NCBI RefSeq assembly: GCF_009914755.1
Contig: NC_060927.1
Length of the DNA stretch: 64,000 nucleotides
Source of the DNA: the human T2T-CHM13v2.0 reference genome, Homo sapiens
Strand: one strand, 5' to 3'
Notes under the pieces: generated by a model
What the model was told of the DNA's origin: nothing
Database searches by the model: none
Seen by the model: the letters and a program-made list of their open reading frames with translations, nothing else
Shown here: positions 31,421 to 54,355 of the stretch, piece after piece
Layout: each line of letters begins with the position of its first letter
Numbering within the stretch: the first letter of the stretch is position 1
Program-made: the position numbers and the translations under genes

Positions 31421-31934
31421 ACATGTATAAAATAAAGATATATGTGTGATCTGTATCTATATATTTAATATCAAATATGTACATACTCTATAAGAAGCAG
31501 CAAAATAGAATTATAATTCATTTCCCCTCTCTTATTTTTGTGTTCTCATTTATATGTGGTATGCTGATCAAAACTACTGCTTCAGTTTGATTTACAGTGA
31601 AAACATAACAATTTGATAAACATACAATCTGTTTTTAAAAATTGTGAATGATCATTTAAAAAAGGTAGATTTCATTTTTCTTACGTATTACTTAAAATGC
31701 AAGGAATTACTTTCACCAACAGAGCCTACAAAGGTACTAATTGATTTGTAGGACTGGTTAAGTGCAGGAGAGAGGCATTTTCTTGGGTAGATGCTTATGA
31801 ATTCTTTTTGTATAGTATGTTTTATAAGAAAAAATATCTTAAAGGCACTGAGGATATCATATTTGACACACATTCAATAAAATCTATGCAGAGTAAGAAT
31901 CTGATATAATGGGCTCACTTTATGTTTTTATCAG

Positions 31935-32250
31935 AATTTATTTATTGAATAAATATTTATTAAGCATCAACTACATGCCAGCTCTGTTCTTTATGCTGGA
32001 GATAGAAAAAAGAACAATGTAGGCAATGTTCCTGCCTTCTAGAAGGGGGTATTCTACTACAGGGACAGATAATCAACAAATAAGCAATGCAAACAAATTA
32101 GTATATGATATATAAACTATATATATGTATATATATCTCAAATGATTACGATTAGTGTCCACAGGGAAACAAGTAGGGTGCTGCTGTGATAGAGAATAAT
32201 GGAAGAAACATGACTAGAAAGGGCCTATCTGAGGAAGAAACGTTTATAAT
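31935..32250 (-). mobile_element. L2 3' end
   Basis: 'aataaatatttattaagcatcaactacatgccagc'. Confidence 0.7.
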
Positions 32251-33539
32251 CATGATGATCTTTTCTAATAGCACAATGTCTATAGTTTTCATCTTTTTCC
32301 TCCCATTGATATTACTGATCTGGAGAATGATTTATTTTAACATGCCAAGGATTTTTTGTTTGGATTCAGGGGGACGGATGCAGGGTTGTTATATGGTATA
32401 CTGTGTGATGCTAAGGTTTGGGTTACGGATTGTTTAGAGAGTGATTTAATAATACTTTTCATATGGATTCTATTTCAATATATGTTTCTCAATTTCTTAA
32501 CTTTAAGTCACAAATATATTTCATAATCCAAGCCCTTTTAGTTCAGACTTTCATATTATAGAACTTTTACAACTTAATTTATTGGTGAAGCCAATATTTA
32601 CCCTGTATGTCTTAATGTGATTAATTTTAATTTGTATCAATTATTGGCATACATTTGTGATTTGCTTTGTTTCCCCTGCTAGATTGTTGGCTCTATGAGG
32701 CAGGAAACATATCTAGCTCCAGTGTCCAGAATAGGGGTTTATACATAAAAAGGAGTTAAATATTTTTTGAAGGAATTGCCTAAATTTCTATGATGAATAT
32801 TAACAGAATGATCTAATCATTATTACACTTATTTTTTTTTTTTTCCAGATAGGGCCTGACCTTGCAGATGTTAAATTCTTTCTACTCTTGACTTACAATC
32901 TTAACTCCCTCTTTGTAAATGTGAAGGCTAGGAACTTTAGGGAGAAAAATCAGCAACAAGAAAAATTTCTGTGATCTTTCCCATGCCAAAGGGTTGGTGA
33001 TGAAGAAAAGCTATTTCTGAGGATTGAGTATGCATAATCTGTGCTTGGCTTTCTCTGCTCCCTTTGATATTCTATTGAAAGTCCCTCTTTTATTAAACAG
33101 GAAAGAAGATTCAAGGAGGAACTGAAATACAGAGAGGCTCCTTTGCAAACCAGTATCAAACAGATGCCAGTCACTTGTAACATCTGCCCTACCATTGGAA
33201 TAACATAATGAGAGGCCTGGGCAACCCAGAGAGAAGTGTAAATGACATCAGTTACTAATAAGAACACTGCTGAATTTTGAAAAACTTTTGCATGCTTTAA
33301 TTTCTCCATATTTTAAGTAATTATACTAATTATGAGAGTGCTGTGTATTATTAGTTGTTTGGTCACAAATAAAAACAAAATTCATTTCAAATATATATCT
33401 GACTTTACTGCTTTCCTATAGAGAATTGCTTTCTACAGTGAATTACTTTTCATGTTAAGAAAAAGTAACATAAAAATTCATGCTCTTGGGGATGAGTTGA
33501 TGACACAGGCCCTCGCATACACTACTAGTGGAAGTGTAA

Positions 33540-34430
33540 ATTTATTAATTTATTCAACAAACATTATGTGCTAGGCATAGCTCTGGGCATTGGGGATATG
33601 GAGGCAAGCCAAACAAAATCTCTGCAGTCATGGAGCCTACACTTTAACTGGGGAGATGCAAGTGTAAATCAGTTGGTATTTTATACTATGGAGAAAAATG
33701 AAGCAGGTTAAGGGAGAAGGGGAGTTTGGGGAACAAATTTTCTTATTTTAGTGTGTTAGGGAAAACTTGGCATTTGAGCAGAGGTGTGAAGAAATCAGAG
33801 GAACTAACCATGCAGATATTTGTAGAAGGATCACTCAAGATAGAAGGAGTAGGCCTCGAGTACACAGAGGATGCTATAGCTAAGTAGAGTGAGAGAAGGA
33901 GAGAAAGAGATCAGAGTTGATGTCAGGGTCTAGGTCTGAGTGAGATGAGAAGTCCATGCTTTCTGTTTTAAAGGGGTTTTTAAGTAAGAATGATATAACT
34001 TGTTTTAAAAGACTCCTGACTTCTCTATGCCATTTTGGGGCAAAATTGATAGAAGAGAGATGTACTAGGAAGCCATTACAGTTAATCAGGCAAGAGACAA
34101 TGGTGGCTGGGACTAGTCCCCACGAGTAGCAGTGGAGGTGAGGAAGTGGTCAAATATCTAGATGCATTCAGAAGTATAATTTTGGGGTGTACAAGAAAGG
34201 CTTGGCCAAGGAAGATTCTAACATTTTTAGTTAACTAGATGAGTGGAGTTGCCATTTTATCAGATACTGATGAAGAGAGTTTAAAGGAAGAAACCAGGAA
34301 TTTGGTTTTATATATGATTAAGTCAAGATATCTATTAGAAATCCAGCTGGAATTGTCAATACAGAAGTCTGGAGCTCAAGTGGCAGGATCCAGGTTGAAA
34401 AAAAAAAAGATCTTAGGATTGTCAAAAAAG
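33540..34430 (-). mobile_element. L2 fragment
   Basis: 'ttattcaacaaacattatgtgctaggcat..ctgggcattggggat'; 'gtggaggtgaggaagtggtca'. Confidence 0.72.
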
Positions 34431-34569
34431 AGATGGAACTCCCATCCGTAAGACTGCATGACTATGAATGATTATGACTAAGAAGACATAGTACATGGAG
34501 AATAGACAGGGAAACAGAGTGAGAGCAGAACTATTGGATTCAATTTTCAATAAGGGATATAATAGGGCC

Positions 34570-34770
34570 TAGTGATTTACAATGTGAACTCTGTGGTCAG
34601 AATGTCTGAGTTCAAACTGCGGTTTCAGCAAGGTTTATCTGACTTCAGAGCATAGATAAAAATGGAAGTTTTATAGTTTTATATAAATTATTGTGAAGAT
34701 TAAAAGAGAACCTGCTCACAAAGTACTTGGCGTATAAGTACTCAGTAAATGTTAGTCATCGTTATGAGCA
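34570..34770 (+). mobile_element. MIR
   Basis: 'ttgtgaagattaaaagaga..aaagtacttggcgtataagtactcagtaaatgttag'. Confidence 0.65.
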
Positions 34771-36127
34771 TCATCAGCGTCATCATGAATGAGTAACAAT
34801 TTCTAAGGAAAGATGGATGGTAATACTCGTACTAATGATCTTCAGAGTTGATAAAAGAAAGTGGTAGACAGAGTTTTTATACCCATCACTACAGTAGCAG
34901 GTTTCCTTCTGTCGCTTCATGTTTTCTTTTATATAGACCTCAGTTACTCACAAATACCAGCCACACGGTTTGCATTTCTCCCTATGTTAAATTCTTGATC
35001 TCTCTTTTACTTTAAAGTTGCTGTGTTTATTGTAATATCATAAAAAGATCTAGGGTTTTAAGCAGTTTGTGCTACATATATAATTCCAAAGCTACACATA
35101 TGCCCTAGCCACTCAATAGTAAAGGACCTGTGAACTGATTAAAAGAAGTAAATCATGAGAATGTATCTTTAGATTAACTTGAATAAGATACCAGGGAGCC
35201 AAAGGTGTGCATTCAAGTGAATGAGAAACCAGAATGGCATGGAGAAAACAGAAGAGCTCAGGTGGACTCCCTCCTAGACATGGGGGCTGAAGGGAGCCAG
35301 AGGGTAAGTGAAAGGTTCTACAGAAGATGACACGCAAGAAGACAGCACTGATGATGTTGAAGTCCTACCCAGAAGAGCTGTTTGTTTCTAGAATAGGAAT
35401 AAGTAATGTAGTTACATCAACTTGGGATGTCAACAAAGGAAACAATGGCATTATGATTAAAAACCAGTTATTTTCCTATATGCTGGATTCATTCAAAATC
35501 AATATTGTTAATTATCATACATTCCAAGTCTTAGTAAAATCAGGCAATAAGCCTAAAAGAATTCAATGCCCTGTGTTTCTATTTTGGCAAAATTGCCTTA
35601 ATAGTAAACAGAAATAAAATTTTAAAGATTAGAAAAATAGTCAAAAGAATCTATTTTTCTTTTTCTCCATTAAAATTTTGTAGAATTTTGTGTCTAGGAA
35701 CATGTATATATACATTCATATATATATGAACACTCACATGAATATATTAATATATATGGATATACACTCACATATGTTTATATATGTGTGTTTAAAACTG
35801 CAGGCCAATTTGAAAAGGATGAGTGCGATTTCATTATTTTCAGTTAAGCATCAACTATTTAAATCTTATAAAATAAGTTCTTATCTAGTAATAAATCATA
35901 ATTTTAGGTTGTTTCTACACAGATACCCCTGCACTGGAAATGTTTAAGGCAAGTATGTTAACCTGGAGTCTATGGAATCATAAAGGAGCCATGGATGAGC
36001 TTCACTAGGCTTACAGCCTCCCTGAAATTATATGAACATTTGTATATCTGTGTCCGTGTAAGTTTCTAGCATCTAGAGACACTGAAGGATTCTTAACTGA
36101 TTCCTAATCTCCCAAAAGTTTTAGCCT

Positions 36128-36270
36128 GTTTTTTTCTTTTTATTATACTTTAAGTTCTAGGGTACATGTGCACAACGTGCAGGTTTGTTACATAGGTATA
36201 CATGTGCCATGTTGGTTTGCTGCACTCATCAACTTGTCATTTACATTAGGTATTTCTCCTAATGCTATTG
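36128..36270 (-). mobile_element. L1PA(6/7)-like 3' terminal fragment
   Basis: 'tattatactttaagttctagggtacatgtgcacaacgtgcaggtttgttacataggtatac'. Confidence 0.88.
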
Positions 36271-37102
36271 CTCCCAAAACAATGTATTAACTATTTAAAA
36301 TAAAAAATAACATAAAATAAAAATAAATAAAACTATTTAAAACAGAATCCACCAGAACATTGATGGATTATAAATGGGAAGATTTGAAAATCTATCAAGA
36401 TACTACTTCTATCCAGACATCTCTGATCCTCTGTAATTATTTTTCTCAAAAGTTATTTATCCTAGATAGTCCCCGGAATTATTTAACTTCTATACTCAGA
36501 CAATAAGATGGGGTGTTTTCTAACAACTTACTTCCTCTGTGAAAGAACACTAGTCTGGGTTCTGACATACCCCTGGGCTCACAGCAACATTGCTGTTTTT
36601 TTTTTTTCTATTCTCATCCCAAGGGTTTCGGCTGATCAGGCTGGGGGGTGGAACAGAGAGGATTTTAGAGCTCATCATTATTTGTAAGGAAAATCTGCTT
36701 TGCTTGATTTTTGTGTATTTGGAAGAAGGTTATTGAGAACAAAAGGAGAAGGTAGTTGAGGGATGGAGAGAAAGAGGATAAAGAGGGAAGATTCAAAAGA
36801 TACTTTGTTATATAGAAACACATTTGCTTCTTTGGGAACTGGCAATTTGCAAATGCTGTCACTAATCTGTTTAACATATGAAGATTTCCAGTTTAGTGTA
36901 CATGTTTCATATAATCAATTAACAATTATTATTACATATATACTAGATGCTTAGTGCATTCTAGTCATTGAAGAGGACAGAAGGGAAATAAAAATCACAC
37001 TCTCACCCCTTAAAATATGTATAATTTGAAGCGAAAATTAAGCTAATACTAATACTAACAAATACTAATCAAAAAGAGGAAATTATTAAGTGGTAAACAT
37101 AT

Positions 37103-38008
37103 GAGGGAGGAGCCAAGATGGCCGAATAGGAACAGGCCCGGTCTACAGCTCCCAGCGTGAGCGACGCAGAAGACGGGTGATTTCTGCATTTCCATCTGAG
37201 GTACCGGGTTCATCTCACCAGGGAGTGCCAGACAGTGGGCGCAGGTCAGTGGGTGCATGCACCGTGCGTGAGCCGAAGCAGGGCTAGGCATTGCCTCACT
37301 TGGGAAGCGCAAGGGGTCAGGGAGTTCCCTTTCCGAGTCAAAGAAAGGGGTGACGGACGCACCTGGAAAATTGGGTCACTCCCACCAGAATATTGCGCTT
37401 TTCAGACCGGCTTAAAAAACGGTGCACCACGAGATTATATCCCACACCTGGCTCGGAGGGTCCTACGCCCACGGAGTCTCACTGATTGCTAGCACAGCAG
37501 TCTGAGATCAAACTGCAAGGCGGCAGCGAGGCTGGGGAAGGAGCGCCCGCCATTGCCCAGGCTTGCTTAGGTAAACAAAGCAGCCCGGAAGCTCGAACTG
37601 GGTGGAGTCCACCACAGCTCAAGGTGGCCTGCCTGCCTCTGTAGACTCCACCTATGGGGGCAGGGCACAGACAAACAAAAAGACAGCTGTAACCTCTGCA
37701 GACTTAAATGTCCCTGTCTGACAGCTTTGAAGAGAGCAGTGGTTCTCCCAGCACGCAGCTGGAGATCTGAGAACGGGCAGACCGCCTCCTCAAGTGGGTC
37801 CCTGACCCCTGACCCCCAAGCAGCCTAACTGGGAGGCACCCCCCAGCAGGGGCACACTGACACCTCACTCGGCAGGGTATTCCAACAGACCTGCAGCTGA
37901 GGGTCCTGTCTGTTAGAAGGAAAACTAACAAACAGAAAGGACATCCACACCAAAAACCCATCTGTACATCACCATCATCAAAGACCAAAAGTAGATAAAA
38001 CCACAAAG
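37103..38008 (+). promoter_or_regulatory. L1 5'UTR internal sense promoter and antisense promoter region
   Basis: CpG-rich L1PA2-type 5'UTR with intact YY1 motif; activity is inferred from family knowledge, not shown. Confidence 0.7.
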
Positions 38009-39025
38009 ATGGGGAAAAAACAGAACAGAAAAACTGGAAACTCTAAAACGCAGAGCGCCTCTCCTCCTCCAAAGGAATGCAGTTCCTCACCAGCAGCGGA
38101 ACAAAGCTGGATGGAGAATGACTTTGACAAGCTGAGAGAAGAAGGCTTCAGGTGATGAAATTACTATGAGCTACGGGAGGACACTCAAACCAAAGGCAAA
38201 GAAGTTGAAAACTTTGAAAAAAATTTAGAAGAATGTATAACTAGAATAACCAATACAGAGAAGTGCTTAAAGGAGCTGATGGAGCTGAAAACCAAGGCTC
38301 GAGAACTACGTGAAGAATGCAGAAGCCTCAGGAGTTGATGCAATCAACTGGAAGAAAGGGTATCAGTGATGGAAGATGAAATGAATGAAATGAAGTGAGA
38401 AGGGAAGTTTAGAGAAAAAAGAATAAAAAGAAATGAGCAAAGCCTCCAAGAAATATGGGACTATGTGAAAAGACCAAATCTACGTCTGATTGGTGTACCT
38501 GAAAGTGATGGGGAGAATGGAACCAAGCTGGAAAACACTCTGCAGGATATCATCCAGGAGAACTTCCCCAATCTAGCAAGGCAGGCCAACATTCAGATTC
38601 AGGAAATACAGAGAACGCCACAAAGATACTCCTCGAGAAGAGCAACTCCAAGACACATAATTGTCAGATTCACCAAAGTTGAAATGAAGGAAAAAATGTT
38701 AAGGGCAGCCAAAGAGAAAGGTCGGGTTACCCTAAAAGGGAAGCCCATCAGACTAACAGCGGATCTCTCGGCAGAAACCCTACAAGCCAGAAGAGAGTGA
38801 GGGCCAATATTCAGCATTCTTAAAGCAAAGAATTTTCAACCCAGAATTTCATATCCAGCCAAACTAAGCTTCATAAGTGAAGGAGAAATAAAATACTTTA
38901 CAGACAAGCAAATGCTGAGAGATTTTGTCACCACCAGGCCTGCCCTAAAAGAGCTCCTGATGGAAGCGCTAAACATGGAAAGGAACAACCGGTACCAGCC
39001 GCTGCAAAATCATGCCAAAATGTAA
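38009..39025 (+). pseudogene. L1 ORF1p, disabled
   Basis: ATG 38009 to TAA 39025 = 1017 nt (canonical length) with several in-frame TGA codons (~38153, ~38336, ~38395, 38798); fragment KRPNLRLIGVPESDGENGTKLENTLQDII. Confidence 0.92.
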
Positions 39026-39064
39026 AGACCTTCGAGACTAGGAAGAAACTGCATCAACTAATGA

Positions 39065-42906
<3,842 letters not shown>

Positions 42907-43169
42907 ACAATGAGATCACATGGACACAGGAAGGAGAATATAACACTCTGGGGACTGTGGTGGGGTGGGGGGAGGGGGGAGGGATGGTACTGGGAGATAT
43001 ACCTAATGCTAGATGACGAGTTAGTGGGTCACATGTATACATATGTAACTAACCTACACAATGTGCACATGTACCCTAAAACTTAAATTAAAAAAAAAGT
43101 GGTAAACATATATAAAATCAACTGAGATTATATTTACTAAGAATGAGTTTAGACTTCTCTCATCCATTT

Positions 43170-43770
43170 AAAATGTTTCATTTAAATTATGAAACATTTT
43201 AAATATATCAACTATTGTAGAATATAATGTATCAATGAGAACCTCATTATGAAGGTTAAATATATATTTACATTTGGACCTTTTTTTTGTTAGATTTAAA
43301 AAGCAAATGACGTGAAATGTTCCAGTTAATACCCATTCCTTCCACTCTTTCCCTTCCCAGAAGGAACACAATCACAACACTGACGGGTATTGCTATGTAT
43401 GGCTGTGCAGCTTTGCCATGTATGTTGTACATTCCTAAAGAATACACTTCGGAAATTTCAAATATTTGCATCAATAGCACAAGATAGAACTTCCTGTTGC
43501 TTTTTAAAAAAAGTTTATTGTTTTGTTATTTATGTGACACACTTGAATATACTTTATTCATTTTAAAGGCTATAGAGCTTTGTTAATCTATTTTTATGCT
43601 TACAGAACAGTTTTCTTTAAAAATCTCATACGTTTTTCCCAGCCTAGGATATGTATTTTCACTCTTTTCATACTGTCTTTCATCAAACAGAAGTTATAAG
43701 CTATGATAACTGTTATAACAGTTTTTTCCATTATGGATCATACTTTTTGTTTCTTATTTAAGAAATACTC
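43170..43770 (-). mobile_element. Ancient L1M (ME/MC-like) fragment
   Basis: Decayed L1 3'-region motifs ('tttcactcttttcatactgtctttcatcaaacagaagtt', 'ttcttatttaagaaatact'). Confidence 0.5.
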
Positions 43771-45668
43771 TGCATAGAAGCTGGAAAAGAAGACGGCATT
43801 CCAGACATAGAATCCAGACAAACGGAAATTGGCTTGGTAGAAGACAATAAATAGATTGGCTTGACTGCAAGAAAAGGGACTTGAAGGAGTTTTCTCGTCC
43901 ACCTTTTTTCAGCTCAGACAGAAACTGGTAATATTCTAGGTACCTTGAGATAAATGGCAGAGTCTGCTCAAGAATATAGGAGATGGCTTCTTAGTCTACA
44001 TGTTCCAGGCCTAGCCAGGCCCTTCTAAGATGAAGGGATTAGCATCTTGGTACATCAGTAACCATCTGAGGGATTGCAGCTTGCCAAGGCACCCAAGTTA
44101 GGAAGCTCTGAAACTTTGCCACTAGGGGGAACGAGCACTAAACTGTCCTTGACAGATCTTTGGCAAACTAAGATAATCTCAGAGGTACATTTTTCACAGC
44201 CTCACCATTGCAAGGTTAAATAAATCTTTTTTCAAGAACATTTTCTCTTATCTATCTTTTCTTACATCTTATATCTATCTTGTTTCTGAGGCCATCACTA
44301 TCTGAAGTAAAGGCAGGCACAATTCTTCCACCTAGATCACTATTCTCTGGCTAAAGTCCCTGCTAATTGACAGCCTTTTTCAATTGTTTCTTCCAGAAGT
44401 GTTTCTAATTATCAAGTAATTACAGTAACTTTAAGCTAAAGTATGAAAAGAACACAGATTGAATTTACACATCAATTCAATAATTATTTATTTTATAACT
44501 TCGTTATTTGCAGTGTTTCCTCATTATTCTTGTTCTGCTCTTTCTACGATGTTGTATTGACCTGGAACAAGCAATAAACAACACGTTTTCATAAAGCTAA
44601 TTATAAAATTTTTTTAAATGACAGTTGATATTGATATTATTTAAAAGTTGTCTTAGTAAATATTTTGGAAACTCACCAATATATTTATTTTGTCATACTT
44701 TACCCTCAGAAAAACAAGAGGGCAAAAGGAATATTATCACATTACTTCCATACACATCTAAAAAATACATCACACCTACAGACAAATATATTTAAAAGGA
44801 TTTGAAAGAATGAAGTCAGTTAGGAAGTAGTTCACTGACATGGCAATCAGAGTTTGTCAATTCAAAATCAACATTCATCATTCTCACATGTTCTTGTAGG
44901 TAACAAGTCAATCAAAATGGAATGGAGGGAAAACACCTTCATCAAAGTTTAGCAACAATGACAGGTTCATGCTTCTCAAATAAAAACACACATGCCAATG
45001 GAAAAACAAGCTAGCTACTAGGTTTGTGTAAATGGTACTACTTTTTGTAAATACTGCATCCCTGGCATATATAATTTTAGATTTTGATTAATATCTAATT
45101 TACATAATTTTATATAGATGATTCTATTCTTTTACACAGGTATATTTGCCAATTAGTACCATCCCTTTTGCATACACACAATTTAGCCAAAACGACATTC
45201 TGTAGAGATCTATATAAGTCCTCCAGATAATTCCCTTTCAGGCTAAAATTTGAGAACTATTGCATTACTCTGGACTAAGTCTCTGAAAGACTTAATAGCT
45301 TAAATATTTATATATATTATGAATGCATACAAAGGATATGATTGCATACTATATAATATGAACATTATTACATAGGCAAACTTCATAGCAGAAATAAAAA
45401 GAGAAGTCTAAGAGGATTCTGCACTGGCTGACAAAATCTATACCAATTTTTACAGAATTAATTTTTATAAAGTATTAACCTAAGGTATCACAAAGTTCCC
45501 TATGATGTCATAACCTAATACATGTAGAATGGAAGAAGTATTGCCTAATGCCTCAATCTCACTACATCTATCTGCTTAGAGACCTGTTGAGCCTAAGTTA
45601 AAATTTAATTTAGTATATATATAAAATAGCAATAACAAATATTATTAGCAAGTTTAAAGAAAAGTGTT

Positions 45669-45966
45669 GGCCGGGCACGGCGGCTCACGCCGGTAATCTC
45701 AGCACTTTGGGAGGCGGAGGCGGGTGGATCACGAGGTCAGGAGATCTAGACCATCTTGGCTAACACGATGAAACCCCGTCTCTACTAAAAATACAAAAAA
45801 ATTAGCTGGGTGTGGTGGCGGGCACCTGTAGTCCCAGCTATTTGGGAGGCTGAGGCAGGAGAATGGCGTGAACTGCAAGCGGAGCTTGCAGTGAGCTGAG
45901 ATTGTGCCACTGCACTCCAGCCCAGGCGACAGAGCAAGACTCTGTCTCAAAAAAAAAAAAAAAAAG
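45669..45966 (+). mobile_element. AluY
   Basis: Y diagnostics; TSD aaaagtgtt. Confidence 0.95.
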
Positions 45967-46209
45967 AAAAAGTGTTATCTTTCAGAAACAACAATTGAAA
46001 AAATAGTTATGACTTACGTCAAAATCTAGTATTGGGTATGAAGATATAAGCCAGAAAACATCAAATATACTTGATTTATAACTAAAGTGAGTGGATTATT
46101 TACATATTGCTAACAATCAAATCTTTCAAAAACAAAAACAAAATATGTTCAATTTCATAATTCCCAAGATGTAGAGAGAAAAGCTGAAATATAATTACAC
46201 TGCTCTATT

Positions 46210-48328
46210 GTTATTGATAGATAATAAATGTCTATATTTTAGGGTACACATGATAATACATTCATATAATTTGAAAAGAAAAAATCAGTATTATTAGGAT
46301 ATTTATCACTTTAAATATTTGTCTTTTCTTTATGCCAGAAATAAATTTTTCTCTTCTAGCTATTTTGAAATATACAAGAGATTATTGTATGTTATAGTCA
46401 CCTTAATGATCTATCAAGCACTAGGTCTTATTTCTTTTATCAAACTGTGTATTTGTACCATTAATCACCTCTCTTCAGTCCCCTCTCCCTCCCACTCTTC
46501 CTGGCCTCTAGTAACCACCAATCTGCTCCCTATCTTCATGAGATCCACTTTTTAGGTTTCCACATACGAGTCAGAAGATACAATATTTGTCTCTCTGTGC
46601 CTGCCTTATTTTATGATCTCCAGTTCTGTCCATATTGCTGCAAATGACAGGATTTCATTCTTTTCTATGGTTGAATAGCATTCCACTGTGTATATATACC
46701 ACATTTTCTTGATTCATTCATCCATTGATGGGCATTTAGGTTTACTACATATTTTGGATATTGTGAATAGTTTTGCAATTAACACGGGACCTAACTTGGT
46801 ACCTACAAGAATTGGTGCAGGCGCCTACAAGAAGTGTTGCAGATATCTCTTTCACATATTGATTTCTTTTCTTTGGGCTATATATAAGTACTGGAATTGC
46901 TGGATCATATGGTAGTTCTATTTGTAGTTTTTGAGGAAGCGCCACACAATTTTCCATAATGGCTATACTGATTTACATTCCCACCAACAGTGTAGAAAGG
47001 TTCCCCTTTCTCCATACCCTTGCCAGCATTTGTTATTTACGGTCTTTTTGACAAAAGCCACTTTACTTGGGGTGGGATGATATCTCACCATGGTTTTTGC
47101 ATTTCTCTCATGATTCATGATATTGAGCATTATTTCGTATACTTGTTGCTTGATTCCTTTTTCAGCCTTCTTTTGAGAAACGTCTATTCAGATCTTTTGC
47201 CCATTTTAAGTGGATTATTTCCTTTTTTTGCTATTGAGTTGCTTGAGTTACTTATATATTCTGGTTATTAACCTCTTGACATGGATAGTTTGCAAATAAT
47301 TTTTCCTATTCTGCAGGTTGACTTTCCACTTTATTGACTGTTTCCTTTACAATGCAGAATCTTCTAAGCTTAATGTAATCCCATTTGTCTATTTTTGGTT
47401 TTGTTTCCTATTGTTTTGAGGCCTTACACAAAATTTTTTGCCTAGGCCAATGCCCTGGAGCATTTACCTATGTTTTCTTCTAGTAGTTCCATAGTTTCAG
47501 GTCTTAGATTTAATTTTTAATCCATTTTTATTTTATGTTTGACATATAGTGAGAGATAAGGGTTTAGTTTCATTCTTCTGCATATGGATATTTAGTTTTC
47601 CCAGAATCATTTATTGAAGAAACTGTTCTTTCCCCATTGTTGGCACCTTTGTTGAAAATGAGCACCTTTACACCTTTAGTAAAAATGAGTTGGCTGTAAA
47701 TGTGTAGATTTATATCTGGTTTCTCTATTCTATTCCACTTGTCTTTATGTCTGGTTTTATGCCAGTACCATTCGGATTTGGTTACTATAGCTTCGTAGTG
47801 TATTTTGAAGTCACATAGTGTGATGACTTCAGCTTTGCTTTTTTTCCTCAGGTTTGCTTTACCATTCAAGGTCTTTTGTGATTCTCTATAATTTTTAGAA
47901 TTGTTTTTTCTATTTCTGTAAAGAATGTCATTGGTGTTTTAATAGGGATTGTACTGAATTTACAAATTTCTTTGGGTAGTATTGTCATTTTAACAATATT
48001 AATTCTTTCAACCCATGATCATAAAATATCTTTCCATTTTTTGTGTCCTCTTCAATTTATGTTATTAGTGTTTGATTGCATATATCTTTAACATATTAGG
48101 TTACATTGATTCCTAGGTATTATACATATTTTTTAGCTATTGTTAATGGGATTGCTTTCTTGATTCCTTTTTCAGATTGTTCACTGTTGGTACATATAAG
48201 TTCTACTGATTTTTATAGGTTGATATTGTATCCTACAGCTTTGCTGAATTTGTTTATTGGTTCTAACAGTTTTTTGGTAGAGTCTTTAGGTTTTTCTAAG
48301 TATAAGATCATGTCTTTTGCAAAGAAGG
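46210..48328 (-). mobile_element. L1MA 3' portion
   Basis: 3'UTR 'ttctagctattttgaaatatacaa..ctctagtaaccacca..ttcatgagatccactttttagg'; ORF2 fragment 47570-47869. Confidence 0.88.

Positions 48329-54355
<6,027 letters not shown>

Noticed and set aside
32950-33309. 119-aa non-repeat ORF (minus strand)
   Set aside because: No recognisable domain, promoter or splice context; length is within chance expectation.
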